Below, one piece after another: positions 1-9,595 of a DNA stretch of 64,000 nt. The notes beneath the pieces are model-generated. The model did no database searches. It was not told where the DNA came from and saw only the letters and a program-made list of their open reading frames with translations. Within the stretch, counting starts at the first letter, position 1. Every line of letters starts with the position of its first letter. Source of the stretch: an uncultured virus (IMG/VR IMGVR_UViG_2609459938_000002) (taxonomy: Duplodnaviria > Heunggongvirae > Uroviricota > Caudoviricetes). The stretch spans positions 1 through 64,000 of the IMG/VR virus record IMGVR_UViG_2609459938_000002. One strand, given 5' to 3'. The translations under genes and the position numbers were made by a program.

Positions 1-1143
1 TCATACTGCTTTTTTACCAACAATGATCCACTCTTTACCGCGGTCATCATTGTATCTGTCAGTCATTTTCATTGTTTTGTGGCCCAATAGTTTCTGGGTG
101 TCTATCCCTTGCTCACGATACAAGCGCTCGGAAAGTGATCTCTGTTCATGGAAAGTCGGAGCTGTTCCCTCTTCCCAGGTTAGACCGCTTTTATCCCGTG
201 CTTTCTTGAACGTTGAAGTAAGTGTCTTGGCTGACACTTGGTCACCACGACTAGCCTGTGAGGTGCTATGGCGAAAATGAACAAGGTATTTACTCACCAC
301 AGCATCTCTACATTTTGAAATAACATCACTCAGAGTAATATTTAACGCTTCATTTCTGAGAGAAAGGGGAATGGCTAATCGAGTTCCTGTTTTCTCCTGC
401 TCAATATGCAGCATATCATCCCATACATCCGAAAACTTCATATTGCAAATATCTCCTAGGCGTTGCCCTGTTACAATGGCAAGCAACATTCCACATTGTA
501 AATAAGGTTGTTGTTGTTCGGCGGATGTATAAATAGCCTTCCATTCCTCCAGAGATAGCCTTTGTCTGCTTATCTTGTTTCGTGGCTGTTTCGTTGCTTG
601 GGCAGGGTTGTATCCTGGCGGAACGTGACCAGCATGTTGAGCCTCCTTAAAAACATCTATTAGTACCATGCGTACAACTTGAGCCATCCTGTTATGACCC
701 TCTGCCTTAACAGCATCTGTTATTTCGGAAATATCAAGTGCTGTAATATCTTTTAGATATTGCATTCCACAATGTTCCCGAAAAAGACGGATTGGTTTAG
801 CTTTCTGTCGAAAAGAGTTTGGGCGCAGCTCGTTGTGTTTCAATCTTTCCTCCTGCACCAATTCATATTTGTCGAGCCATGAAGAAACTGTAATATCCGT
901 GCGGTTTCCTTTCATGCGAGCTAGGCGCTCGTTAATACCAAGGATCTGCCTGGTTCGCTGCTCTGCAATAATAGTATTTGCTTCACTTGCCACCTGCTTT
1001 GCTTCAGCTTCGTCCGTGCCGAGGCTGTGAAAACGACCAGATATCGGGTGTTTGTATTGCCAGTAAACCTTTCCGGTACGTTTATCAAGTTTGCAATATA
1101 GGTTTGGAATAGTGATTTTATGGGTACGCGGTCTAGCTGCCAT
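1..1143 (-). CDS. int: Tyrosine integrase, lambda/phage-21 family
   Basis: N-terminal arm-binding domain MAARPR..NLY; TGQRLGDI, FHEQRSLS, LLGHK and catalytic Y (DRYND). Confidence 0.95.
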   Translation of the reverse strand: MAARPRTHKITIPNLYCKLDKRTGKVYWQYKHPISGRFHSLGTDEAEAKQVASEANTIIAEQRTRQILGINERLARMKGNRTDITVSSWLDKYELVQEERLKHNELRPNSFRQKAKPIRLFREHCGMQYLKDITALDISEITDAVKAEGHNRMAQVVRMVLIDVFKEAQHAGHVPPGYNPAQATKQPRNKISRQRLSLEEWKAIYTSAEQQQPYLQCGMLLAIVTGQRLGDICNMKFSDVWDDMLHIEQEKTGTRLAIPLSLRNEALNITLSDVISKCRDAVVSKYLVHFRHSTSQASRGDQVSAKTLTSTFKKARDKSGLTWEEGTAPTFHEQRSLSERLYREQGIDTQKLLGHKTMKMTDRYNDDRGKEWIIVGKKAV

Positions 1144-1369
1144 CGCTAATTATCCGTCTCAGTTTTGGGTTAACATTTATTGGAAGTTGCGGTTCAGCAA
1201 CTACACCTATAAAACGAGCTTCTTTGTCAACCATCCAGCGCCGTCCGACTCTCATCGGTGGTGGCGCTATCATCTGACCTTTAGCGTATTTTTTTAATAC
1301 TCGCTCGCTAGGGGCTTCACTGCCGAATTCATCTTTCGCCCATTCGAGTAAAGAGACCATACGTGACAT
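1133..1369 (-). CDS. xis: Excisionase
   Basis: 78-aa ORF overlapping the int start; SLLEWA...PPPMRVGRRW motif; similar to the xis at 41104. Confidence 0.85.
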   Translation of the reverse strand: MSRMVSLLEWAKDEFGSEAPSERVLKKYAKGQMIAPPPMRVGRRWMVDKEARFIGVVAEPQLPINVNPKLRRIISDGS

Positions 1370-1397
1370 TTCTTCTCCACATACCGGCTGCACCCGG

Positions 1398-1670
1398 TTA
1401 TCGAACGTTATAAGCACATGACGAGCAACCACCACGAATCCCGTCATTACATCTTCTGCATAGCTGGTGGTCTCGATCATCCTTATCTGTTTCGTACATC
1501 TTCAGTTTGGCAATCACCGTTTTAGATTCTGGGAGAATCTGTTTGCGAAGGTTTGTAACTTCATCGGCTAATTCCATAAGACGGCAATGAAGGTCCTTTG
1601 CTTCATCCTTATACCAGGCTAAATCATCCCGCATACGCCTCCATCGCCGACGCTTTAATTTACTTGGCAT
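1398..1670 (-). CDS. Hypothetical phage protein with C-terminal Cys cluster
   Basis: ORF in the tightly packed leftward operon; CRRC..GCSSC. Confidence 0.6.
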   Translation of the reverse strand: MPSKLKRRRWRRMRDDLAWYKDEAKDLHCRLMELADEVTNLRKQILPESKTVIAKLKMYETDKDDRDHQLCRRCNDGIRGGCSSCAYNVR

Positions 1671-1888
1671 CAGTCATCATCCTCATCATCGTCGTCATCG
1701 CAGGATGCGAGCAATGGATTCATTCGCCGCCCTACCTGGCAGGCGTACCCGCGGCGACCGAGGTTGTGTAGCACGCTGTAGATTTCGAACATTTCGGTTC
1801 GCTCATCACCAATATCAAGCTCACAGGCCAGCGCGTGGCATTCAGTAGCGAGCGCCGATATCTTCTGAAGCAATTCGACTCTATTCAC
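1670..1888 (-). CDS. Hypothetical phage protein with acidic tail
   Basis: ORF coupled to its neighbours. Confidence 0.6.
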   Translation of the reverse strand: MNRVELLQKISALATECHALACELDIGDERTEMFEIYSVLHNLGRRGYACQVGRRMNPLLASCDDDDDEDDD

Positions 1889-2870
1889 CTTTCACCTCCT
1901 GCGGGGCGGCTGGATATGCACTGCCCTCCTGACCAGGCTCATTGCTTCCGATGCAGGCATTTCTATGGTCATTTGCCCGTGGGCATCTCTTATTCCCGCA
2001 ATCAGGGCACACCACAAAGCGCATATCGTTCAAGGTCACGGGTCGGCATGTGAGACACCAGCAATCAGGCTTTTGCTCGCTTACCGGAATCCATCCCGGA
2101 ATAATTTCAGGAATATTTTGTGGTGAGTTTTGTGGCTGCGGGGCGGCTGGCAGCGGCATCCAGTGAGTTGGTGTCCATGACGCGCCGGGGATCAACCAGC
2201 CGCTACTCTGCGCATCAGGGTGGCCAGGGATATACGTTGCCCATTTGCAACACCACCGCGGCTTCTCTCCCCACCAACTCCCGACCAAAACCTCATGACG
2301 ACTTGGCGGCATCTGCTCGCTTACCTGAATCCATCCCTGGCTTTGCGCTGGAGTGTCGCCGTTTTGCTCCGGAGAAACGTGGTTTTGCGCCGGGCAGCAA
2401 TCGGATTGCGCCGGAGAGTTGCCAGGATGCACCAGACAAGGCCAGCGCAGCGAACCATCGCCGCTGGGGCAGGTGCAGACAGGAGAGGCAGGCACTGGCT
2501 GCGCGTGGCGATAGAGCTTAGTGCCAGGCTCAAAGGACTGGATAAGGCGGCGATAAGAAAGCGCATCCCCTCCATCATCGCCAACAATAATCACCGGCTC
2601 GCTGTCAGCCTTGCGGCGTTCCTGCAGCTCACGAATTATCCCGGCAATTAATCCGGGCGTTGCCAGACGCTGAAATTCACAGTAGTAGTTCGGGTCAGAA
2701 TGACAGGTGGCCTCTTGTGAGTACCACAGCAAATTAGATAATTCGTCGTCTGTGTGTGGCTCGCTGTCCATTGCGGCCAGCGCCATGCGGGCCAATGCCG
2801 AAGCATCACCGCATTGCACATGGTCAGTCTCGATAATGTTGAGTAGTGTTTCTCGTGAAAATTCGCTCAT
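1881..2870 (-). CDS. Eaa-like / DUF551-type accessory protein
   Basis: LARMALAAM, GWIxVSEQMP and VTHWMPLP-like (PTHWMPLP) motifs typical of mosaic eaa genes. Confidence 0.75.
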   Translation of the reverse strand: MSEFSRETLLNIIETDHVQCGDASALARMALAAMDSEPHTDDELSNLLWYSQEATCHSDPNYYCEFQRLATPGLIAGIIRELQERRKADSEPVIIVGDDGGDALSYRRLIQSFEPGTKLYRHAQPVPASPVCTCPSGDGSLRWPCLVHPGNSPAQSDCCPAQNHVSPEQNGDTPAQSQGWIQVSEQMPPSRHEVLVGSWWGEKPRWCCKWATYIPGHPDAQSSGWLIPGASWTPTHWMPLPAAPQPQNSPQNIPEIIPGWIPVSEQKPDCWCLTCRPVTLNDMRFVVCPDCGNKRCPRANDHRNACIGSNEPGQEGSAYPAAPQEVKGE

Positions 2871-3043
2871 TTCCGGTCCACCTTAATTTTGCTGAGCGCC
2901 TCAAAGTGCCTGCGCATAGTTGCCTGTACTTCGGGATGCTGCCAGTTGGTATGGATTCCGCCGTCTTCGTCGATGGTGAATTTACCGGCGTTTTCTGTGA
3001 GAACCCTCTTGAGGCGTTGTTCGGAACTTTCGATTTTGAACAT
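2867..3043 (-). CDS. Small hypothetical protein (58 aa, MFKIESSEQR...)
   Basis: Read manually; start and stop overlap both neighbours. Confidence 0.6.
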   Translation of the reverse strand: MFKIESSEQRLKRVLTENAGKFTIDEDGGIHTNWQHPEVQATMRRHFEALSKIKVDRK

Positions 3044-3525
3044 CACTCATCCTCCACCTTGATGCCAGCGGCGCGCATAGCGGCGACATCACCAGCACGC
3101 ACACCTTCAGCCAGTAGCCGGAATGCCCGATTTAGCGTTTTATCGTGAACCTCTGCCAAGTACTCATTGATGTCGGTCAGCTTCACGGTGACGGCGCTTG
3201 ACTCGCTATCCAGCGGCGGCAGGTCTGGGGTTGTCACGCCAAACAGCGCCGCCAGTGCGCGATAGTTCTGCTCACTGTGATAGCGACCTTTGCAGCGGAC
3301 CAGCTTTTCTGCTGCTGCGTTGATGGCCTGCGCCTTCTCCAGCTTTTCACCGGTCGACTCAGCTGTTTTTCTCCACGTTGCGCAAATCCTTTTCTCTGAT
3401 GCCAGCGCCTCTACCAGCGCGAGGACGTCGTCGGCTTTTATGAAAAACAGGCCTTCGCCAAACTCATTTGCTGAAGCAGCTCGACGTTTCAGGCTCTGCG
3501 CCAGTTCGGTGATATTAGTTGTCAT
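3043..3525 (-). CDS. Ead/Ea22-like protein
   Basis: DVLALVEAL motif and C-terminal RAAGIKVE. Confidence 0.7.
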   Translation of the reverse strand: MTTNITELAQSLKRRAASANEFGEGLFFIKADDVLALVEALASEKRICATWRKTAESTGEKLEKAQAINAAAEKLVRCKGRYHSEQNYRALAALFGVTTPDLPPLDSESSAVTVKLTDINEYLAEVHDKTLNRAFRLLAEGVRAGDVAAMRAAGIKVEDE

Positions 3526-3728
3526 GCGGCACGCTCCGCCTTCTGCTTGTTGTATACAGCCCAGCTAAGGGCATCGAGTTTGCGCTGACCGGCTTTGTCG
3601 AAGAGGTGAATGCCGTTTTTGCAGGCGTGCTCGGCCTTCACCTGCTCTTCCAGTTGAGCCAGTTGCTCATAGGTGAGCGTTGCCAGCTTCAGGCGGTTCC
3701 AGCCGAAGCTAGGGATTCGGTTTGTCAT
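3522..3728 (-). CDS. Hypothetical phage protein
   Basis: ATGA overlaps with neighbours. Confidence 0.55.
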   Translation of the reverse strand: MTNRIPSFGWNRLKLATLTYEQLAQLEEQVKAEHACKNGIHLFDKAGQRKLDALSWAVYNKQKAERAA

Positions 3729-4117
3729 TCTGATGCTCCCTTGCGCAGCGAGTCTGCCAGCCACTGCAAATTCATCATCTGCACGCCGATATTGATGAAC
3801 TTCTTCTCCAGGTGAGCGATGGCCTTCTCAACTCCGCGCGCCTCGGTCTCTGCAACAATGCGATCGGTGGCGGGGATATCTTTCAGCGCATAACAAACAT
3901 CGTCAGTGCTGCACGGATCATCCTTTCCGCAAACCTCGCAGAAGTGAACCGAATGACTATGGTCTATAATGGCGTTCTTCAGCGCCATATTCTCCGCCGC
4001 CAGTAGCCGTACCTTTTCACGCAAACCATCAGTGCAGTTATGGTTACCGTTTTTACCGCGATGCCATGAAAAGCCGCAATCACAGTGAAACACGTTCCCG
4101 ATCTCTTTTATGTTCAT
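3725..4117 (-). CDS. Hypothetical phage protein (Cys/His rich, LAAEN coiled-coil motif)
   Basis: ORF in operon; start taken at the ATGA overlap. Confidence 0.6.
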   Translation of the reverse strand: MNIKEIGNVFHCDCGFSWHRGKNGNHNCTDGLREKVRLLAAENMALKNAIIDHSHSVHFCEVCGKDDPCSTDDVCYALKDIPATDRIVAETEARGVEKAIAHLEKKFINIGVQMMNLQWLADSLRKGASE

Positions 4118-4248
4118 GCTGTCCACCATTCAATAAACATGCAGATACCAACGGTTACTACGGCAATCAGCACCCAGCAGATCACATCCAAAATGGCTGC
4201 GAACCGACGGAGGGTGTATTTGCTGTAATTCTCAGGATCAATATTCAT
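4114..4248 (-). CDS. Small single-TM membrane protein (44 aa, MNIDPENYSK...)
   Basis: Read manually; hydrophobic stretch VICWVLIAVVTVGICMFI; overlaps both neighbours. Confidence 0.55.
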   Translation of the reverse strand: MNIDPENYSKYTLRRFAAILDVICWVLIAVVTVGICMFIEWWTA

Positions 4249-5030
4249 ACCGCCTCCCCAAGCACCCAGCGCAGAGCCGCCGCGTATTCACCGCTGGCAC
4301 CTTCGAGGGCTTTTGTGATTTCTTTGCGTGTTTTGAGGCGTGGCTTAGTTTCGCCAAGCACAGCGCGCTGACGCCTGGCTTTTTCATGGCCGGTTGTGCC
4401 AGAAGTTGCCGCTTCGATTTCAGCGACTTTCTCCCGCTGTTCTTCGGGTTTAAGCGATGCCAGCTGACGCGCCTGGGTAACGGTAACTGTGCCAGCCTCC
4501 ACCGCTTCCCTGACGGCCTGGGTGGCATCGAGAAGGGAAAGCGTTGCACGAACGGTCTGAACGCTGCAGCCAAACAACACCGCAACGTCGTCCTCATCGA
4601 GCCCGCGGTCGAGCGCGTCTGACATTTTTTTAGCCCGGCCGAGCGGTGTATCAGGTCGGCGAATTTCGTTTTCGCTGACCATGTATTTAGCCATCTGATT
4701 TGCTGATCCGCGCTTAACGACTCCGGGAACAAGTAGTGGGTCTTTGCCTTCTTTCAGACGGAGTTTATTTGCCTCCAGGGTATGTTTAACGCGCTGACGG
4801 CCAACAACTACGCAGGTGAGCCCTGTTTCAGGGTCTTTCCAGACAATAATCGGCTCAAGAACGCCCTGATCCATGATGTTCAGCACCATTGCCTCGCTGA
4901 TAGGCAGGTGGATACGCTCATCGTAAAGCGGGTGCGTTTTGTCGGTAACCAGGTGCAGGTTTTCAGGTTCGAACGTCAAAACGTTCGTTTTGCCACTGGC
5001 ACCGTATACAACCTTTGAGTCTTTAGCCAT
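4245..5030 (-). CDS. ParB/Srx-like N-terminal domain protein
   Basis: GVLEPIIV..VVGRQRV..ENEIR ParB-like motifs followed by an HTH. Confidence 0.8.
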   Translation of the reverse strand: MAKDSKVVYGASGKTNVLTFEPENLHLVTDKTHPLYDERIHLPISEAMVLNIMDQGVLEPIIVWKDPETGLTCVVVGRQRVKHTLEANKLRLKEGKDPLLVPGVVKRGSANQMAKYMVSENEIRRPDTPLGRAKKMSDALDRGLDEDDVAVLFGCSVQTVRATLSLLDATQAVREAVEAGTVTVTQARQLASLKPEEQREKVAEIEAATSGTTGHEKARRQRAVLGETKPRLKTRKEITKALEGASGEYAAALRWVLGEAV

Positions 5031-5329
5031 CAGAGAGCCTCCACGTTACGGAAGCTGGCGGGGCAAATTGCTTTCAAATCGCGTATAGCCTCTAGAACAT
5101 GCATATTTGTGCGATTCTTGGTGTGTCGCTCGGTCAGACGATCACACTCTTTCGCCCATGATTTGACCTCTGCGAGAAGGGCGTCACTTTCGGTGCGCGT
5201 CTGGCGCAGAGCTACATTCGAAACATCGAGGACGGTAGCCAGTTCCTTAATGATTGCTGCCTGTGCTGGTGGCATAGTTTTGGCTATTTCGTACGCTTGT
5301 TTAATCAGTTGATTTGCTGTCTTAGCCAT
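5030..5329 (-). CDS. Hypothetical phage protein
   Basis: ORF MAKTANQLI with upstream GGAG-like RBS. Confidence 0.6.
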   Translation of the reverse strand: MAKTANQLIKQAYEIAKTMPPAQAAIIKELATVLDVSNVALRQTRTESDALLAEVKSWAKECDRLTERHTKNRTNMHVLEAIRDLKAICPASFRNVEAL

Positions 5330-5416
5330 CTTTTGTTCTCCATCTGACGCGCTGCAACGCGTAAATTTAGGGTGCAGCAACCCAACCCATGAGGATGGGT
5401 TAGATGCTTGGTTAAT

Positions 5417-6340
5417 TTATCGTTTAGCTTCGCCGCCGAGGGCGTTGGTCAAATCAGAAATCAGAGTACTCATTTCACCTGTCATGAGAATGAAATCAGC
5501 ATCGAACCGCTGTGCTACATCCTCACGGTCGATATCATCATTTTGAGATACGAGCTCATCAGCGAATTTAATACGCTTAATGGATACGTCGTCACAAAGG
5601 GTAAAGCGAATACGATCCTGCCAATCGAGGTATAATTTAGTGACAACCTTTCCAGCTTCGATGTGGGTATGAATTTCGTCACTTACGAGGTCTTGTTTCT
5701 TGAAGCGTCCAATACCTCCGGCCTCCAAAACAGCTTTAATCTCTGCTTCATCACCCAGATTAAAACCATTAGGCGCGCTGCCTGAACGAACCCATTCAGT
5801 CATCCTTAGCTCGACAGGCTCTTCCATTGTCAAAGGAACGACGGGAAGAGATCCCAGTGTCTTTCGCAGGAGTGCCAGGGCATCTTCAGCACTGCGCGCA
5901 CTGGAGGCATCGACTATGACCAGGTGATCGGTGGTATTCACCCAGATTCGCGTGATGATATTCCGTGAGAAAGCCCTAGGGAGAAGGCTATGTAAAACCT
6001 CATCGCGTAGAGCATCCTTTTCAGTCTTTTTCAGACGTCGCGCCTGTTCTGATTCAAGCTTAGAAATTTTCTTGTTGAGCTCATCGGTAATGGTTGGGCG
6101 TGGGATAATTTTCTCTTCCCGGCGTATCACGAGCAGAAGCTGACCGCTAACAAAATGGAATAGCTGGTCAGAATACTGACCAAGGGGAGATACCCAACCG
6201 GATTTAGCCATATCCTGACTCCCGCAAGGAGAGAAACGGAATGGTTCAAGCCTGTCTGCCAGATCCGCGATGGTGTGTTCTTCCACGATGGTAATATCGC
6301 GAGAGAGCCGGTAAATAAGAGCATTTTTAAAGAAGTTCAT
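5417..6340 (-). CDS. rdgC: Recombination-associated protein RdgC
   Basis: [37 protein letters not shown]. Confidence 0.93.
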   Translation of the reverse strand: MNFFKNALIYRLSRDITIVEEHTIADLADRLEPFRFSPCGSQDMAKSGWVSPLGQYSDQLFHFVSGQLLLVIRREEKIIPRPTITDELNKKISKLESEQARRLKKTEKDALRDEVLHSLLPRAFSRNIITRIWVNTTDHLVIVDASSARSAEDALALLRKTLGSLPVVPLTMEEPVELRMTEWVRSGSAPNGFNLGDEAEIKAVLEAGGIGRFKKQDLVSDEIHTHIEAGKVVTKLYLDWQDRIRFTLCDDVSIKRIKFADELVSQNDDIDREDVAQRFDADFILMTGEMSTLISDLTNALGGEAKR

Positions 6341-6695
6341 TTCGTTTCCTCGATCCGCCACTGCAATGGCATCAGGTTAGTAATCCCCACACAACAGAAA
6401 GAGCACTACCGCGTTCTGCCGTTCCATCCTGGCTTTTGGTACCGCAACGGCTGCGAGATATTTTTTGCATGCCAGCGCTCTTTTGGTTGTGCCCTCGTCT
6501 CTTCCGAGGTGTCACACCTTTTCGCCGCGCTGGTGGGGCGCACGTCGTGCCTGAAACACTTAGCTTGCACATTCCGGTTGTTCTGAGAGGCATGGATAAA
6601 GGGACTCTCAGGCCGCTGCGGCACATGTGCCATATGCCGTAATGCTCACTACCACACCAGAGTATGTAACTACCGGTACTCGTGATGTGATTTAA

Positions 6696-6747
6696 ATGTA
6701 CCTTTAGTTACCAATATGGTCAAGAGAGCTATGTACTTTTTGTTACC
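6696..6747. promoter_or_regulatory. oL operators of prophage 1
   Basis: ATGTACCTTTAGTTAC and ATGTACTTTTTGTTAC match the oR repeats. Confidence 0.7.
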
Positions 6748-6798
6748 TGTAAATTGAAAAAAAAGCCAGAAGGAGATCTGGCTTTAGAAATGAGTAAC

Positions 6799-7458
6799 TT
6801 AAATGTTTTGGGTAATCTGAACCACTTTACCAACAATCCGGCAATTACCATCTATCGGGATGGGTTTAAAGGCAGGGTTAAGTGGCATCAAGTATGCGAA
6901 AGGGCTATCCCATACCAGCTTTTTAACGGTAGCTTCAGCAGAGCCGTCGAGTATTGCCACTACAATTTTTCCGTAAAGGTCATCCAATTGACCATAGTGC
7001 GGTTCAACAATAACGATCGATCCTTCTGGGATGGATGGCAGACCATGAGGGTTAGTCATAGACTCCCCGCGAACTACCAGTCCGAATGCTTCATTAGAAA
7101 CGTTTGCAGTGGTTTGCGTCCATGAAATCACATCAGAAAGCCTTGAGCATGCATAAGTATCAGTCCACATCCCAGCTTGAACAGCGGAGATAATAGGAAC
7201 TGCCGTGGGTGGCTTAAGGAACGGAATAACTTTTGTATCATCCGGCGTTTCCTCACCTCGACCGTAAAGAATCCATTCTGGAGTTGTTTGCAGCGCCACC
7301 GCCAGCTGATGGAGATTCTCACCATCAGGTTTAGTAGTGCCGCTCTCCCATTTTGTTACGGAAACACGGCTTACCCCCAAGCGTTTAGCTAGGGTCTGCT
7401 GTGTTATGTCGAGCTGGACTCGACGGGATCTTATTCGGTCTTTCATCTCTGTTTTCAT
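6799..7458 (-). CDS. cI: CI-like repressor (HTH plus S24 autopeptidase)
   Basis: HTH; VQAG cleavage site; GESM and TVKKL catalytic motifs. Confidence 0.93.
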   Translation of the reverse strand: MKTEMKDRIRSRRVQLDITQQTLAKRLGVSRVSVTKWESGTTKPDGENLHQLAVALQTTPEWILYGRGEETPDDTKVIPFLKPPTAVPIISAVQAGMWTDTYACSRLSDVISWTQTTANVSNEAFGLVVRGESMTNPHGLPSIPEGSIVIVEPHYGQLDDLYGKIVVAILDGSAEATVKKLVWDSPFAYLMPLNPAFKPIPIDGNCRIVGKVVQITQNI

Positions 7459-7521
7459 GTAACCAATGTTACATGGATTCCTTGTAACTGTTGTTTGCTA
7501 TTTAATGTACCTTTTGTTACC
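7457..7521. promoter_or_regulatory. oR operators (TGTA[A/C]C-N4-GTTAC imperfect palindromes)
   Basis: ATGTAACCAATGTTACAT, TGTAACTGTTGTTTGC and ATGTACCTTTTGTTACC between cI and cro. Confidence 0.75.
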
Positions 7522-7550
7522 TTTAAGGCGTAAGTTAACCAGGAGGAACC

Positions 7551-7748
7551 ATGCGTAAATCAGAAGTTATCGAACACTTCGGAGGCGTATCAAAAACCGC
7601 AAGTGTTCTTGGTATTTCCCACCCGGCAGTTTGCCGATGGGGTGAAGTCATCCCTCAAAAACAAGCATTCGTCATCGAACGAATTACGAAAGGCAAGCTG
7701 AAGTACGACGCCAGCCTTTACCAAAAGGCTACAGATTCAGCTGCTTGA
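7551..7748 (+). CDS. cro: Cro-like repressor
   Basis: 65-aa HTH divergent from cI. Confidence 0.88.
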   Translation: MRKSEVIEHFGGVSKTASVLGISHPAVCRWGEVIPQKQAFVIERITKGKLKYDASLYQKATDSAA

Positions 7749-7773
7749 AAGTAACTACAAAAGGAAAATCAAT

Positions 7774-8235
7774 ATGGTAGAGCCAAACCTCAAAGAAGCC
7801 GTCAAAGCGATGTGCAAAGCATATCCAGGTGGGCGTGAAGCAATGGCTGGCGCACTGGGAATGACCGTGACGCAGTTCAACAACAACCTCTACGAGAAAA
7901 ACGGCTGTCGATTTTTTGAAGTATCGGAGCTGGAAGCGATGGAAGACATTTCCAACACGTCACTACTGGCAGACTACTTCGCCCGCCGTCGTGGTGCTCT
8001 GCTGGTGGATGTTCCGCACCTGGAAGAGCTGGATCGCGTGGACTTGTTTAGCCGGGCAATGCGTACCTCTGCCGCCAGAGGGCAGGTTGATCAGATTATC
8101 GAACAGGCGCTTGAAGATGGCGTTATTGAAAGGCATGAGGCCGAAGAAATCATGGTGCATCACCGCCGCCACCTGGCTGCACGTGAAGAAGAGATTGCGG
8201 CAATTATCACGTTATTTGCACGCAAAAAGAAGTGA
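7774..8235 (+). CDS. YmfL-like regulatory protein (CII position)
   Basis: YPGGREAMAGALGM..FNNNLYEKNG motif; position after cro. Confidence 0.75.
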   Translation: MVEPNLKEAVKAMCKAYPGGREAMAGALGMTVTQFNNNLYEKNGCRFFEVSELEAMEDISNTSLLADYFARRRGALLVDVPHLEELDRVDLFSRAMRTSAARGQVDQIIEQALEDGVIERHEAEEIMVHHRRHLAAREEEIAAIITLFARKKK

Positions 8236-8472
8236 CGCCAGCGAGTTGCAGCTCCTGGCGTCGTGGCGTGTCGTTATCAGTGGAGATTACTAACGCATGA
8301 ACAGTTTATCAACACAATACCGCAGGTCGCAACTTGTAGCGCGGCCAGTTCCTGGAGGAGCAGGGCCGGTGCAGTTCGTGTATGGGGTAAGAGTACCAGG
8401 CGGATTCGAACCTGTCTGCTACCAGTTTGCTCAATGGGCGGTAGATGACTTTAGAAGTCAGGCGGAAAGCGT

Positions 8473-8652
8473 ATGCGAGAACTTAACCGATGGTTCAGAG
8501 ATCACTACGGAGTCCCGGTCAGGGTCATACGCTGGGAGCCCCAGACACAGCGCGTTATATACCTGCGTGAAGGGTACGAGCATGAATGCTTTAGCCCCCT
8601 TGAGCAGTTCAGACGTAAATTCAGAGAAATAAAGGACGATCATGAGCACTAA
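8473..8652 (+). CDS. Small DUF4222-like protein (59 aa)
   Basis: Read manually: MRELNRWFRDHYGVPVRVIRWE...CFSPLEQFRRKF. Confidence 0.65.
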   Translation: MRELNRWFRDHYGVPVRVIRWEPQTQRVIYLREGYEHECFSPLEQFRRKFREIKDDHEH

Positions 8653-9595
8653 ATTAACAGGATACGTCTGGGACGCTTGCGCATCTTCGGGGATGAAACT
8701 ATCCAGCGTGGCAATCATGGCGCGCCTGGCTGACTTCAGCAACGATGAGGGTGTTTGCTGGCCTTCTATTGCGACCATATCCCGTCAGATTGGCGCTGGT
8801 GAAAGTACTGTCAGAACGGCGATAGCTGCACTTGAGAAAGAGGGGTGGCTCACTCGCACACAGCGCCGCAACGGCAACCGTAATGCATCGAACGTCTACC
8901 AGCTCAACGTTTCCAAACTACAGAAAGCGGCATTTTCTCACCTGTCAGTTTCTGACACGTCAAAATCTGATGCGTCAAAATCTGATGCGTCAAAAATTGA
9001 CCCCTCAAAATTTGAGGCGTCGGAATCCACCAAAAAAACCGGTTTTGACCCGTCAGAATCTGGGGGGGATCCGTCAGTAAAATCAACTACTGATCCATCA
9101 GATATAAATCCTTCTTGTCCGGACGCTTCGCAACCGGACGAACAGGGCTCTGCAGATGATTTTCTGTCACGACATCCTGACGCGGTGGTGTACAGCGCTG
9201 CAAAGCGGCAGTGGGGAAGTCAGGACGATTTAACCTGCGCCGAGTTCATTTGGGGGAAAATTATCAGCATGTACGAACTGGCCGCTGAAAGTGATGGTGA
9301 GGTAGTTCGGCCTAAAGAACCAAACTGGACCGCATGGGCGAATGAGGTGCGCCTGATGGTGATGCAGGACGGGCGAACCCATAAACAAATTTGCTCACTT
9401 TTCAAACGCGCCAACAAAGATTCGTTCTGGTGCAAAAACGTGCTTAGCCCGTCGAAACTTAGGGAAAAATGGGATGAGCTGTCGTTAAAACTTTCTGCTC
9501 CACTCAATAGCTCCCGCCAGGAGTCGTCCATTTCGCGAGCCAGCTTCGACGGGGTTGATTACTCATTGCCAGAAAACTCGGGGTTCCGCACATGA
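8642..9595 (+). CDS. Phage replication initiator (N-terminal wHTH)
   Basis: LADFSNDEGVCWPS motif; internal iterons; C-terminal FWCKNVLSPSKLREKWD. Confidence 0.85.
   Translation: MSTKLTGYVWDACASSGMKLSSVAIMARLADFSNDEGVCWPSIATISRQIGAGESTVRTAIAALEKEGWLTRTQRRNGNRNASNVYQLNVSKLQKAAFSHLSVSDTSKSDASKSDASKIDPSKFEASESTKKTGFDPSESGGDPSVKSTTDPSDINPSCPDASQPDEQGSADDFLSRHPDAVVYSAAKRQWGSQDDLTCAEFIWGKIISMYELAAESDGEVVRPKEPNWTAWANEVRLMVMQDGRTHKQICSLFKRANKDSFWCKNVLSPSKLREKWDELSLKLSAPLNSSRQESSISRASFDGVDYSLPENSGFRT
8944..9025 (+). repeat. Replication-origin iterons (15-bp tandem units)
   Basis: About five TCAAAATCTGATGCG-like units inside the initiator gene. Confidence 0.75.

Noticed and set aside
6372..6642. N-like antiterminator ORFs upstream of rdgC
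   Set aside because: No RBS or arginine-rich motif; the region is better explained by RNA structure
8944..9025. CRISPR-like array (also 46900-47027)
   Set aside because: Short repeats without unique spacers, inside replication genes; these are origin iterons and no cas genes are present
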